Shown: positions 41,760 through 55,194, counted from the stretch's first letter. The stretch is 64,000 nt of DNA from Eledone cirrhosa (GCA_964016885.1 OZ024741.1:84010001-84074000); one strand, 5' to 3'. Notes: generated by a model from the sequence alone, not told the origin. Made by a program: numbers and translations.

Positions 41760-43856
41760 TTACCGTACTTTTGGTAGAGGAGGGATGGTTTTTACATCCC
41801 TTTTCACTTGATCGTCTGGTGAAGGGACCGTTGAATCGTCCCTTCGGCTGGTCGTCGGCTCTTCTAAGAGAATGTCTGAATATACTCTTCGATTGATGGT
41901 TCCTCCTAGGTCCCTGAAATCACCAACTGCGTTGGGGAATTTCGTTTTAATGTTTGTGTATTGTTTCTGTGCTATTTTTAGCAGTCTTATGTTAGTTGGC
42001 GTTTTGATTGGTGCTGGTATTATGTAGTCCTGTTGTGAAATGTCTGTGTGTTCAATTATGTAAGTCATTAGTTTCTTGTTGTGTGTGTTTATTGCCGTGC
42101 ATTTGTTTTTCTGGGGGTGGGGTGTGGTTCTGCTATTTTCTTGTCGTTGTTGCTGGGTGTGTGTGTTTTGTTGTTGTGTTTGCGATGTTGGTGCTTGTGG
42201 TGGTGGTGTTGAAGGTGTTGTTGGCGGTGGGGTTGTCGCCGGTGGTGATGGTGGTGCTGGTGTGGGTGGTGATGGTGTTGGTGGTGTTGCTGCTGTGGGT
42301 CTCTTTGCAGTAGACTTTACCCTTTTCTCATTTCTTTCCTCCCTTTTCAAAGGCGACGATGCGCTGCTTCTGCGTTTGTGCCTTCTTGCGACCTTTTGCC
42401 ATCCCTCTCCCACCTCACACTCCATGTCTGATTCTGTGAGGTCGGGGAGGGGTACCAGCTCCACTCTTTCACTTGTTGTTGTTGGTGATGTTTGCACTGG
42501 AGTCTCTGTTGCAGCTGCATTTGGTATTGCTGTTGTTGTTGTTAATATTTCCACTGCTGCTGCTGTTTTTGATTTCCGTGGAGTGGGTATGGGTGCCACG
42601 GACCTATCGTTCCTGGTTGCCGCTTGTCCTGTTGCTGGTAGCCGTGGAGCCGGATTCGGAAGGAGGGGGGTTTTCTCCTTTCTCAGGGTCTTCTCGTTGC
42701 AGAAGGCCCTGAGGTGAGTCTTCGATCCACAGCGAAAGCATTTCGGGCGTTTGCCCTCAACACTTATGGGCAGTTGAGTGCCGTTATCGAAGTCTATCAC
42801 ATCCGGGATAGCTTCGATGCACTCCTGGTTGGTTTGGATTAGCATCTCAATGGAGGAGCCGACCCAATCTTCTCTTACTTTTTTCTGTACTTGCAGTACA
42901 GTTGTTTTGTCCTCGATTCCGACGAGGACAGACGCGGCCAGCCAAGAAGGGGTCATTCCGGGGGGGACGTGGGTCAGTTTGACCCTCACAATTTTTTGCC
43001 CGCAGTAGGAGGGCACCAACACCATTTCCTCGCTCCTTAGGGTCACTACTGATTGGGCCTTTGCCTCCTGGGGTGTGGCAAAAAGTACGTCTACGGTGGC
43101 ATATTTTTTGCCTCGGGTGATGTGCGTTTTCCGCTGCCACACAGACCCCAAGGCTTTTTGTATTTGGGCCTCTGTGGCTCTTTCCACCCTACGGGATTTT
43201 GTACTTACTGTACGGTACGTGACCGTACAGTGCTCTTGGGTTTCGAAAAATTTTTCCGCTGCCTTGCAGATTGCTCGGTGTCCGTTCTTTGTCACCATCT
43301 TCTTCGCTTCCTCTAATTCCTCATTTGTTATGAGGATTGTTTCCAAGTTTTTCGCAATACCTGCAAATGAGATTGGTTTTTCTCTGCTGTTGTTGTTGTC
43401 GTCAGAGCTGCTGGTACTTTTGTTGTTGCTGCAGGTACTACGACTACTGCCTCCGCCGCTGTTGCTGTGGTTGTTGTTGGTGTTGCTGCTGCTAATGCTG
43501 TTGTTGTTTATGCTGCTGGTGATGCTGTTGCGGCTGCTACTGTTGTTTTCATTGTCACTGTTGCTGTTGTTATTACGGCTGCTACTGCTATTATTCCTGA
43601 CGTCAGACGAATGAACTGGGTTTTCGTATTTCCCGCACACCTGTTTCGTCGCTGTCGTCGTCGTCGTGGAGAAACCTTGCACGCTTTGCACGAGACTTTT
43701 CTTTTCTTTCGTCACTTGCGAAAGAGAAGGGAGGGAGAGAGACACATTTAAAGAAGGGAGGGAGAGAGACAATCTTCTCTCTGCTGTAGTGATGATTGAG
43801 GAAGAAGAAGACGGAATGAGTGGGAGTGACGTATGAAATTTCTTTTTTGTTGCCAT
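41760..43856 (-). CDS. LINE ORF1p (gag-like, CCHC zinc knuckle, low-complexity termini); start codon uncertain
   Basis: CFRCGSKTHLRAFC = CX2CX4HX4C; ends 35 nt upstream of ORF2 on the same strand. Confidence 0.85.
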   Translation of the reverse strand: MATKKKFHTSLPLIPSSSSSIITTAERRLSLSLPSLNVSLSLPSLSQVTKEKKSLVQSVQGFSTTTTTATKQVCGKYENPVHSSDVRNNSSSSRNNNSNSDNENNSSSRNSITSSINNNSISSSNTNNNHSNSGGGSSRSTCSNNKSTSSSDDNNNSREKPISFAGIAKNLETILITNEELEEAKKMVTKNGHRAICKAAEKFFETQEHCTVTYRTVSTKSRRVERATEAQIQKALGSVWQRKTHITRGKKYATVDVLFATPQEAKAQSVVTLRSEEMVLVPSYCGQKIVRVKLTHVPPGMTPSWLAASVLVGIEDKTTVLQVQKKVREDWVGSSIEMLIQTNQECIEAIPDVIDFDNGTQLPISVEGKRPKCFRCGSKTHLRAFCNEKTLRKEKTPLLPNPAPRLPATGQAATRNDRSVAPIPTPRKSKTAAAVEILTTTTAIPNAAATETPVQTSPTTTSERVELVPLPDLTESDMECEVGEGWQKVARRHKRRSSASSPLKREERNEKRVKSTAKRPTAATPPTPSPPTPAPPSPPATTPPPTTPSTPPPQAPTSQTQQQNTHTQQQRQENSRTTPHPQKNKCTAINTHNKKLMTYIIEHTDISQQDYIIPAPIKTPTNIRLLKIAQKQYTNIKTKFPNAVGDFRDLGGTINRRVYSDILLEEPTTSRRDDSTVPSPDDQVKRDVKTIPPLPKVR

Positions 43857-44070
43857 GTTGTTTTTTGTTTAAAATGAATATTGGGTACAAAACCCCAATA
43901 ACTGGTTATTTAACCCCGAAGGGCCAAATAACGGACAGAAAGACCCCTCTCACGAGGAGGAGGGTGTCTTTATCAACAATTTGGTTCAAGTTTTAAACAA
44001 TTTACAATTGTTTTAACGGTTAAAAATTACTATACCTTACAGAGCCGAGCCTCCGTCAATCATGGCATTC

Positions 44071-44232
<162 letters not shown>

Positions 44233-44844
44233 ATTTTAAATCAGAAAGAAAAAGAAATTAATTTCATATATATTTTGAAATTTTGAAGAGAATTTTAAAT
44301 GCGAATATTTCAGTTGTAAATCAATATGGATGCATAAATATCTTACATGTAGCGTATATCTGGCAGCATGGCTATATGTTCATTTTACATCCATTCGATC
44401 TCAGATTCGATCCAACTGCGGCAAATGCCATTTACCAGAGCTTTGGATTGAGCTAAGTATTGTGAGTGAACCAGGATAGAGAGAAACAATTTACAATCCC
44501 TTTCGATGGAATGTATTTGTAATTCAAATAACCAGTCTTGTCACAGACAATATGTTATGTTGAACTTTTCTCCGAATCCCTTTAATGGTGTCTGTGGAAT
44601 TCTCAGCCACGTACAGATTAATTCCACGAGCAAGCTGTTCCGGTGATCGACCAGCTGGACCACTCATTGTGGAAACTGACGTAGGTTCATTACCATTCCA
44701 TTTTCACGTTGCCAATATTCCAGCCGACATCAAACACCATGCATGGTCGCGTGATCTGCTACTGTAGAAAATAAATATTTTCCTGCTCTTATACACACAC
44801 AAATCTAGAGTTTAGTCAATTTAAAAATATCTAAAGGAATCTGG

Positions 44845-45060
44845 ACCTGTGCATGACTGAGTGGTTAAGAAGTTTGCCTCGCAACTATGGTGTTCCGGGT
44901 TTGATCCTACTGAAAAGTAGCTACTGCAAAATGTCATTATCACTTCTTCGAGACGACGTAAGTCGTAAGAATTAAATAGGGTAGAGGGATTCTGAGTGAA
45001 AACCCGTCCCATAGAAAGCATTTCTAATTAGAAAAATTCAACCCTGGCTCGAGGAAAAAG
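44845..45060 (+). mobile_element. Degenerate SINE of a second family (similar remnant at ~44365-44490)
   Basis: tRNA-like head gtggttaagaagtttgcctcgcaac..ccgggtttgatcctactg. Confidence 0.45.
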
Positions 45061-46601
45061 GCTATCATCAATATCAGCATATAATACCTGTATTTAAATG
45101 TATTAGATGTGGTTCCTATATAGACTTTACTATCATTTTCGGTAGAGATAATGCATTTGCAAACAACGTTTTTCAATAAGCATAGAATGCTTTTATTTCA
45201 CTCTTTACCTTAATACATACTATGTTAATTCTTGTTTATAATTGAATTAGCAGAATAACATGAATAAATCGACGATACGCCAGTCTGAAATTTCTTTACA
45301 ATGTTGATTGTGGAGTCGCTTACTATCAGCAGTGTACCTTGACCGAAAATAGTATGGTGGCTATGTTACGTATCTTATGAGGATGTTAAAATGTGGTAGA
45401 CTGTTTTGCACGTCTGTCATATGAATTTATGTGTGCTTCTTTCTGATATCCATTCTACCCAAATTAGGATATCGGATTATACCACCGAAGCGGTTGCAAC
45501 ATACTCTGGTGAAATGAACCCATTATTCCTCTACTGATTTCCCACCCATGCTATCTTATGCAATGGAGATAACATCGGAAAAGCCCTGACTATTATAGGC
45601 ATGCTCTATTAAAATAAAAAAAAAAATTTATGTTACAGGTAGTAGACTGAGCATACTCACAATCTGAGCTTCACGCTAAATAAGTGACGGTACGTACACT
45701 TAAACGCATGAGCAAAAATCATGGATGCCTGTTAATATTTATCCTTTCTTGACCATTCAATTGTTATGTTTTCCAGAGTGGGTATGGATTATAATTCCAT
45801 CTTGGTGTTACAGTAATTAAGTTTATTTGTATTCATGCCTTACAGAACCTGCCTCCTGTATCCAGCACGGAATTGTGATAACATAGCGTCTTGCTGGAAC
45901 GATCTATCAATAATATAAGCTACTTAACTTGCAAAACTGTTTTTTATAATGAATCTGTGCATCATCTATTAGGCCAACGGTTCTCAACGGGGAGTAAGGC
46001 GGCGTTAGGGGGGCGTTTGAAGTTTGGGTAGCGCTAAAGGGGCGCTGGAAGCCCCTTTGGATTGTTAAGTTTTGTAGCTCATATGTGTACGTCTCTTAGA
46101 CAGCCAGTGTGAATGCATTTGAATGAAAAAAACGAAAAAAATGAATAAAAGAAGCTTGTCAACGAATTCCCTAGGGAGATAAAAGAAAAACAAAAGAAAT
46201 CAAAGAAAATGAACATGAGGACGTCAACTTTGACAACAGGTACAAGAACAGCTTCAACAGAAATGACAGCAAAAAGAAGCAATAATGATGAACATACACA
46301 TATGCATACGTACATACATACAAATATACATACATACACACAGACACACACACACATATACACACACACAGGCCTGCGTTAGTGTTTGATGAGGTTGAAA
46401 ACCTGGTCAGCTTTCCGCCAGAGCTGTGATATTTAATCTCCCTAGGTAATAACATCTGGAGACAAAATTTTTTCCTTACAAAAAAACACATGAATTATGT
46501 CAACGTCCTTACACACTTAAATATAAATGCATATATATACAAATATATAAATGCATAGCTATATACATACGTAAATGTATGTATGTATATACGTATGAAT
46601 G

Positions 46602-46640
<39 letters not shown>

Positions 46641-46668
46641 TATATATATGTATATATATATATTTATC

Positions 46669-46703
<35 letters not shown>

Positions 46704-46704
<1 letters not shown>

Positions 46705-49700
46705 GTATACCTTGGAATACTACCTTGACTACCGGCTCAACCCCGATCTAATCCACCGTGACCACTCTCTGAACTTTCCCTACACCTTCCCACAACTTGT
46801 TTTTTCCTTTCTTTGCAATACTTTTTGATAGATTTATTTACTGTACTTGTTTATTTCTGTCTATGATTTTTTGTCCATGATTGCCTGTGTTTTTACGTCT
46901 ATGATTTTCCTGTGTATACTCTCCTCTCCTTACGTTATTTCTGTTTGATTTTCCCTCCCCCGTCTCTGCCTATCTTTCGCACTCACCCACCCACCCCGCT
47001 TCACACACCTCCCTTATCATTCCTCCCCCTGCTTTCAGCCACACCCACCATTCCCAGCCTGAGATCCTTTCTTCACCAACTCCACACCCGCCTCAAACTT
47101 TTCCTCACCCCCTCTACCCACCCTGCTATCTCCCTTCGGCCCTTTAACTCTCTACCTTCTCTTCGCCAAAACCCGGCACTCCAGCCACATCCATTTCCTC
47201 AGCCGCTGCCTTCACCTGCATCTTTTCCCCCTCGGCTTCCGTCTATACTACCACCTCCACCCGTTTCCCCCTCCACCCAACGTATCCTCACTCGATCCTC
47301 AGGCCTCCTAATGCGCAACTCCCTCCGCTCACCCTGACCACCATCCGCAAACTTGACTACCAACTGACCCCCATCCTCCTCCGCCTTAACTCCGCCTGCC
47401 ACTCCCTCCTCGCCCACTCCATCCTCCACTTCATCCAAAACCTCAACCACGACCTCTTCTCCTTCCTCACCCCCACCAAAGCCCTTAAGCTACACTCACT
47501 CCTCCCGACCACCCCCATCCACCACCGCCGCCCATCTCTATGACCCCCCCCCCCCACATACACACACTTATCCCACCCCTCCACACACCCTCCTCACCCC
47601 TCCCCGACCCACACTCCTACCCAGTCTCCACCCCCACATCACCCCTCACCACACCCTCCCCTCCTACCTCACACACCCAAACCCCACCACCTGTTGTCAA
47701 CATACCCCCTGACGTCCTCCTCTCTGCACCTCAGCGCTCACTCATCAGTAGAGGCCTTCGCTTCATACCCCACATTCGGCACAGCGACGAGTTCCGCACC
47801 CGAAGGGAAGTCAAGCGATTCGTGCGACGCACGAAGCTACAGGCACATTTCGGTCAAACGCCACCGGCTCCGAACGCCCCAGACCCGTTTCTCGCCCTGG
47901 GCCGACGATCATCGTCTTGGACGCCGGCCCCAGGGCAATTTAGCACACTGGACGCGTTCGTCGATGCCTGCCGTAGCGCAGTAAATCGCTTCGACTTCCG
48001 CTACCGGTCCCAACGGAATAACATCCCACGAGGCGAACACCTCGCTCTCCGCTCCCTCCGTAGCCGAAATGACATCGTCATCAAACCGGCGGACAAGGGA
48101 GGCTCGTGGTGGTGTGGCGTGCTGACCTCTACACGGCTGAAGCCCTCAGGCAGCTCCGTAACCCCCTCTTCTACCCTCCGATCCCACACCCCTCTACCAA
48201 CAACAAGTTCCCTCCACCATCCAACACCTTGTCTCCTCCTCCCTCCTCCCTCCACCTCTTCTCACCTCACCGTCCGCACCCCCCGCACCCCCACTATCTA
48301 CTTCCTCCCCAAACTCCACAAACCCGACAACCCCGGCCGCCCCATCGTCTCCGCTTGCAACTACCCCTCTGAACTCATCTCCGCCTTTCTTGACTCCATC
48401 CTCGCCCCCCTCGTCACCAGCCTCCCCTCCCACATCTCCGACACCAACCACGCCCTTCGCCTATTCGACTCCTTCACCTTCCCACCAGGCCCACAGCCCT
48501 TCCTCTTCACCCGAGATATCAAGTCGCTCTAAACAGTCATCCCCCACGCCGACGGCCTACCTGCCCTCAAGCACTACCTCGACCTTCGCCCCTCCCCTAT
48601 CCCTACGCCTCGCCGAGCTGGTCCGCACCCCCAACTGTTTCTCCTTCTCGGGTGAGTTTTACCAACAGGTCACGGGGGTAGCCATGGGCACAAGAATGGG
48701 CCCAAACTATGCCAACCTTTTCGTTGGCCATGTTGAGGCCCAAATATTTGCCCAGTACACCCGGCCTCACGCCCGAACTGTACGGTCGTTACATCGACGA
48801 CTGTATCGGAGCCACGACCCTCACCCGAGAACAGCTCGACTCCTTTCTCTCCTTCTTCTGCTCCTTCCACCCCTCACTCCACTTCACCACCTCTATCTCC
48901 ACCACCCACGTCCACTTCTTAGACATCTCCGTCGCTTTCGAACCCTCCCACCACTCCCTCGTCACCTCTTCAAACCCACCTCCTCCTACTCCTACCTCGA
49001 CTTCACCTCCTCCCATTCTACACACACTAAACACTCTATTCCCTACTCCCAAACCCTCAGGATCCGCCGCCTCTGTATCCAAGATGCTGACTTTGTTTCC
49101 CAGGGCCTTTCCCTAGTAAGCCATTTCATCCGCAGAGGTTACTCCACCCCCCTCGTCCACACCGCCCTCACTCGTGCCCGTGATGTCCATCGCTCCACCA
49201 CCCTCACCCCACGCTACCGCACACCCACCCAGCGTCTCCCCTTCCCATCACCTACCACCCCTCCACCTACCACTCCACCGCACCATCCTCCGCCTCTTCC
49301 GACGCCTCCAGTCCGACTCCTCCACCTCCCAATTCTTCCCAGCCACACCACTCCCCTCCTTCAAACGCGCACGTAAGCTCCGCACCCACCTCGTCTGCAG
49401 CTCCCAACCCCCTCCGGTTCCCTCCCCTGTTCCCGGCCTCGTTACAACACCTGTCCCACATCACCAACACCAGCACCTTCCAGGGTCCCAACGGCCACCC
49501 TCTCTGTCCGGCACGTCTTCCGCTGCACCTCCTCCAACCTAGTCTATGGACTTCGCTGCACGGAGTGTAGCGCACCCTACGTCGGACAGACTGGACGTCG
49601 CCTGGCGGACCGTTTTACCGAACACCTTCAGCATATTCGTCTCGGCGGTAGTTCCCCCATCGCCCGCCACTTTGGCTCCCTGGACATTCCGCGCACCACC

Positions 49701-49822
49701 TCACACTCTGTGGCCTACTCCAATGCCACGGAACACCCGCCATCCTCCTCAGGGTCGAACAACGCATCATCTTCACCCTACAGACCCACACTCCCCCCGG
49801 CCAGAACTCCCCACCCCTATTG
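46704..49822 (+). mobile_element. PLE-2: near-full-length C-rich Penelope-like element, frameshifted
   Basis: IVIKPADKGG, YFLPKLHK..PGRPIVS, GVAMGTRMGPNYANLFVG, RYIDD, HFLD, FRCTSSNLVYGLRC..YVGQTGRRL..R..EH; starts after (TA)n. Confidence 0.92.
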
Positions 49823-50755
49823 AGCCAGGTGATATTTCTAGGTCTATTCCTTCCAGGGGTTCTAGTGCAGTTGGTAGGGCCTTCCTAGGGTTATTATTAC
49901 CTGGGGGTTTGTTATTTGTCATCCCATTTCTCATTCCTATTCTAGGGTTGATTTTTAGTTTGCTACTTGGAGTGGGGAGCAGGCCGCTGCCACCATTAAA
50001 GTTCCCTATATAGGTGCCGTTACTGCTAAAATTCCGGCGAATCTGGCTATATGCTAAGGTATTTCTAGTTCTAGTGTTAAGTTTATTATGGTGAATTTCT
50101 GTGTTATGGCATTTAGGTATGTAATAATTTGATTGTTTATAACCAGATTCAGAGAGAGCCTTATTATAATAGTGTGCGTGGTTTATAAATATCTCCTCAT
50201 TTGCTGATAGCATTCAGATCCTATAGGAGATATATTTGATTACTGCTCTGATGACTGCCGGTGGGTGGTTAGAGTGTGGGCTAATATATGTGAGTATTTC
50301 ACCTGGTTTATGATAAGAGTTATAAAGGTTATTGTAGAGATCCAGGGTGACGTCTAGGAAGTTTACTAGTTTATGGTTCAGCTCGATGGTGATAGAGAGA
50401 CCGTTATTTTTTAAGAATCTATGTAATTGTTTCTTTAGCAAATCGATTCCCGGATTAGTGCAATTGTGGACCGCAAATAGGGCGTCGTCCCTGTATATTC
50501 CACCTTGCGTGGGCAGGATTTCGACTCTGATGTTACGTAATAGGTAAATCTCAACTAAATCGGTGATTTGCGCGGAGTCACTTGAGCCCATCGTAATGTC
50601 AAAGTTGTCTGTTCTATCTTTTCTAGTCCAGAGTGCTCCGTTGAATTCAATGATAGTCTGCCTAGCCATAAGTATGATGTTAATCTCATTATTGGTTATG
50701 TCCGAGTTGGTTGTGGCTAGGGCTAATGCTTTGTTGAGCAGTTCCGGGGTTATTG
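49822..50755 (-). mobile_element. PLE-3 inverted segment (RT C-half)
   Basis: FDITMGSSDSAQITDLV, GIYRDD, VNFLDVTLDL, YHKP..YI..SNHPP. Confidence 0.88.
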
Positions 50756-50759
50756 ACGC

Positions 50760-52399
50760 GTAATAGCAGTAACAGCACCTATACAGGGAACTTTAATGGT
50801 GGCAGTGGCCTGCTCCCCACTCCAAGTAGCAAACTAAAAATCAACCCTAGAATAGAAATGAAAAATGGGATGACAAATAACAAATCCCCAGGTAATAATA
50901 ACCCTAGGAAGGCCCCTACCAACTCCACTAGAAACCCTAAAAGGAATAGACCTAGAAATATCACCTGGCTCAACCCCCCATTCTCATCTAATCCAGCCAC
51001 TAATATCCCCAAACGCTTCTTCTCTATCCTATCCAAATACCACTCCCAACCATAGATATTACAACTCTTTAATAGAAATAACATTAAAATCTCATTCTCC
51101 ACAACACCTAACCTAGCTAGCCACATCGCGTTCAGTAACCATCATAAGCTAAGACAGTATAACTCCCACACCGCGGTACCACCACCCCTATCAAATACAC
51201 CACGCCACTACACCAATAATTACTCTAGTAGCACACCTCCCCCATCTAATCCTTCTAGCACGGACCTACCGCTTAGGTTAAACAACCCTACTCTCACTAA
51301 CCGCAGAAGCAACTGCAACTGCCGTTACCCCAAGGCATGCCCATCAAATGAACACTGCCTGACACTCAACATATAGGTGCACGGTTGAGACTGCTTCGAA
51401 TACCAGCTCTTATATCGGTCTACCTCTAACCCTTTTAAGGTACGCTATAACGCGCACTCTTTTTCCTTCCGAGACCCTAGCAACAGATATTCGACTTCGC
51501 TAGTTAGGCTCATTAAAAACTTTAAATAGAACAACGTTCAACACTCACTAAAATGGGATATCGTGGCTAGGACCCAACCGTTCAACGGACGAAGAAAATC
51601 TTGTGATCTCTGTATTATGGAAGCATATTACATAACTCTATCACGACCTATACCGATTAACGATAGAACGGAGTTAACCATTAGCTGTGAACATCGAAGG
51701 GCTAATTCCTTCGGCAATAGAATTGTTGACCCAACTTAGTCATGTAGCCTCATTTTTACTTGTAGCTAATAAGTTAAATTGCTATTAACAACTCAATAAT
51801 TATAAGTTACCTCCCCTAATGTCAATTAGTTACCTCCCCTAATGTCAATAAGTTACCTCCCCTAATGTCAATTAAAAAAATTTAAAAATTAGCACTTAAC
51901 TATAAACACCCACAATTTCTAATCTCTCGAGAAGTTACTTCCCCTGAAACCACCCTCTAATTAGTAAGGTAAATATGCCCTTTGGCAGCCATCTTGTTAC
52001 CCATAGGAAGATCTCACCCAATGCAACCTCGACAGATGAATACTGCTTGATTATGGCTGACAACTGATGCAACCAAGACACCATAGTAAAAACCAATATA
52101 TGGAACATTATATTATGTAACATTATCCCATTAATTTAATTTGTACTCCTTTGAAGTTCCGATGAGCCACTCTGTTTTTTAAATATGTTAATTATTTTGA
52201 ACTGAACCAGATCAATTATGATATATAGACATCTGATCCAGAAATATTATAAGGAGTAGCGAAACAATTGTAAACGGACATTATTATTATTAATATTATT
52301 ATTATTATTCTCTACATTCTTACATCAAACTAAAATAAGTTGACAATCTTTTAATAATGTCTTCCTTGTGAAATGTGTGGTCTTGTTTTGCTTAACTAA

Positions 52400-52400
<1 letters not shown>
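50760..52400 (+). mobile_element. PLE-3 sense segment (linker, GIY-YIG, pLTR) ending at (TA)n
   Basis: RNITWLNPPFS, CNCR..CP..HCL, SYIG..NPFKVRY..H..SF, CDLC..E; hammerhead at 52156; 23-bp unit repeated three times at 51805-51871. Confidence 0.88.
52156..52275 (+). ncRNA. Type I hammerhead with CCGAUGA core and ~95-nt helix II region
   Basis: gtt-CCGATGA-gccactc..(~80 nt)..gagtagc-GAAA-caattg-TA-aac. Confidence 0.7.
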
Positions 52401-52441
<41 letters not shown>

Positions 52442-52599
52442 ATACACGCACACACATATATATATATATATATATTTTTCTATATATAGGCTCTACCACG
52501 GGCCACAGAAGAGTAGTTCGCGGGCCGTATGATTGAGCCCCTTGTTGGAGATAGATATATAGATAGATAGGTAGATAGATAGATAGATAGATAGATAGG

Positions 52600-52630
<31 letters not shown>

Positions 52631-52631
52631 G

Positions 52632-52716
<85 letters not shown>

Positions 52717-52717
<1 letters not shown>

Positions 52718-53699
52718 TGTTTCTTTTATTTGCCACTAGGGCATCAAAAGTGGGACAAGTACAAAGGGGGGAGTTTACACAAAAAGGCGTCCTCAATAAG
52801 GAGGAGGCAATAGCAAAATATAAAAATAAAATAAGATATAACAAAAAATAAAATTTATAACAAAATCCTCAATAGAGAGGAGGCGCCTTGGGGGGGTCGC
52901 ACACACCCCCGAAAAAAGTGTGCAACCCTTCTCCTCAGGAGCACAGAGAAGGGGTGCTCCCTTGGTCTTTCATCTTCCTCACCTATAGTCTGATGTAGAG
53001 TGAAGGCCCATTCACACGGGCCATTCTCGCCACTTTCACCCATCTTTCATAGAAACGGCTGGGGTGCAGCACCTCTCTCTCCATCCTGATCCTTCTTCCG
53101 AAATGATATCGGAAGAAACGGACCAGTTGTTGGCCAGAGAGAAAGGTGCCTGACCTCAGTCCTTTCAGACGCGTCCACCATACAACCTCTTTCGCCATGG
53201 CTATTACGCACAGAAACACCGCCTCTGCTTCATCTTTGAAGGGGGGAGGCGGCTTGATCATTACAATAGACTCGGTGGTCAACCGGATCGGTCCCACCCT
53301 TGACAGCAGTTGTTCGACATAGCCCCACAGATCGGCTACGCCCGAGCAGTGTACCAATGCGTGTGCAGCGGTTTCCTCGTCGCACACGCATCTGGGACAG
53401 ATCGTTTTAGCGGGGTCCCTACCTGGGCGCCCGTGTCTGTAGAGCCTTTCTCGAACGGGTAAAGCCCCTCGGTAGCACTGCCAGGCCAGGGACTTCTGGA
53501 AGTGGTCCATAGGTCCCGGGCTGAATGTCCTACCGAACAGGCTGGCCAGTTCGTCCTCCTCCATGTCTAGGGCTTCTCCGAGGGCGTCGTCGCACCTGCT
53601 GAGTACCAGCCCTCTATAGAATGTTGCGGTGGAGTCTCCACTGATAACCGGATCCGCCTGCCAGAGGGCGGTGAGCGCCTGGGCACACTCAGTGTGCCA
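52717..53699 (-). mobile_element. 5'-truncated Tx1 LINE (Tx1-B) inserted in (ATCT)n
   Basis: ORF2 C-terminus homologous to Tx1-A (FQKSLAWQCYRGALPVR, CPRC..H..C); (GATA)n at 52549-52716 and 53700-53719. Confidence 0.93.
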
Positions 53700-53903
53700 A
53701 GATAGATAGATAGATAGATAAACGTGTACCAAACACACACATTTCTTACACCCTCTTTCTCTCTATGTATATATATATATATATATGGCGTTGTTATTTG
53801 GTGTTGTTGAAAAGAGCAGTGGCCTTTGACTTGGCAATACAAACTGGAGACAAAATTCTTTCTGCCCCAAAACGAAGGCATATACACAAGTTTGTTGGTG
53901 TGT

Positions 53904-53949
<46 letters not shown>

Positions 53950-55194
53950 GCGTGTGTGTGCGTTCGCGTTTATGTGTGTGTGTGTGTGTGTATATATCTA
54001 TGTTTATATATAACGGATACAGATAATGCTTTCCCACTTTCACCAAGATTCTCAATTCATTCATTGCTACTAAGTATTTTATTTTGCTACGAGGTATTTT
54101 ATTTTGCAAGGTACTATTTTTCCCCTGAGTTTGTGATTTCAGAGAAAGGTAAGAAATTCTTCATATTTTGATTTGGCCCAGTAATCTACTGATATCAATA
54201 TTATTAGTATATTGAAAAATGGAAAAATAGTGTAGGGGGCGTTTCGTGATTTCGAGGGGCAAAAGGGTTTGGCCGAAATGGGTTGGGTTGTGAACCTTTG
54301 TATTAGGCTATGATAATACGATACGCCCCAGGAACAATACACAGACACGTCAGTCCCGCCACCTGGCTTGCCGGTGTAATTGCATTCAGAACTCGTTTGC
54401 AAATTAATGTTGGCGTAAATTTCAAAAATGTGTTAGTGGAGTGTAGTAAAATTAATTACAAATCTATTTTTCAACTAGACGCAGATTATTTATTTATTTA
54501 AGTATAACAATAACTATTTTCTGTTCCGTTAAATTAATATATATAACATTGTTTTTTTTATATGCATATTTATATACATATATTTGGAGATCATTCTAAT
54601 ATATAAATGTATGTAATTCTGGAGAATAATTATTTAATTATCTATGCTTCTATATTTATCTTTATTTTATTAAATTATGAACAATATTATATTAAACAAT
54701 ATAAATACATGTGAAGTATAATAGGAAAACGTGTTACTTATGTTTTCCTGTAAAAAATATTATTTTGTATCGTTGGAAGTCAACGTATCAATGTAAAAAT
54801 ATTTTGAAACTATGATTCTCATAAAATGATAATCTTTCATTACCATTTATTAATATTTTCATATACCTAACAAATAATTGCGTAACGACAGCCTTCCTTC
54901 TTATTTCTGGTCAATATAAACATATATGTTTTCATTTAATATAGTTTCTATTTTTTAATGATATGTCTTATAATGTATGGATGTACAAAAGAACAAGATT
55001 TTGACATATTGTTTTTAATATGTGGCTTCTGTGTTGCCTTTGATTACGTTTCTTATTTGCAATATATTCTTAATTGGTAGGAACCTCATCCGCTGTATGG
55101 AGTTATCTCTTGTATGTAATACAGATAACGCTTCAAACTATATTTGATCTCATGAGGATATTTAGAGCGATGAACAAATAACTTGTATGTATCG

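Larger units (their letters stand above)
38031..44070 (-). mobile_element. Full-length intact Tx1/L1-clade LINE (Tx1-A) inserted in (ATT)n
   Basis: 5'UTR, ORF1, ORF2 and 3'UTR with AATAAA; (AAT)n at 37987-38030 and 44071-44113. Confidence 0.95.

Noticed and set aside
42076-43614. Long plus-strand ORFs antisense to Tx1 ORF1 (likewise 15881-16534, 35307-35954, 39320-39829)
   Set aside because: Shadows of codon-biased or low-complexity TE coding strands; no motifs of their own
45975-46060. hAT-like terminus (caacggttctcaac) and a possible end near 52520-52545
   Set aside because: Ends do not match as TIRs and there is no 8-bp TSD
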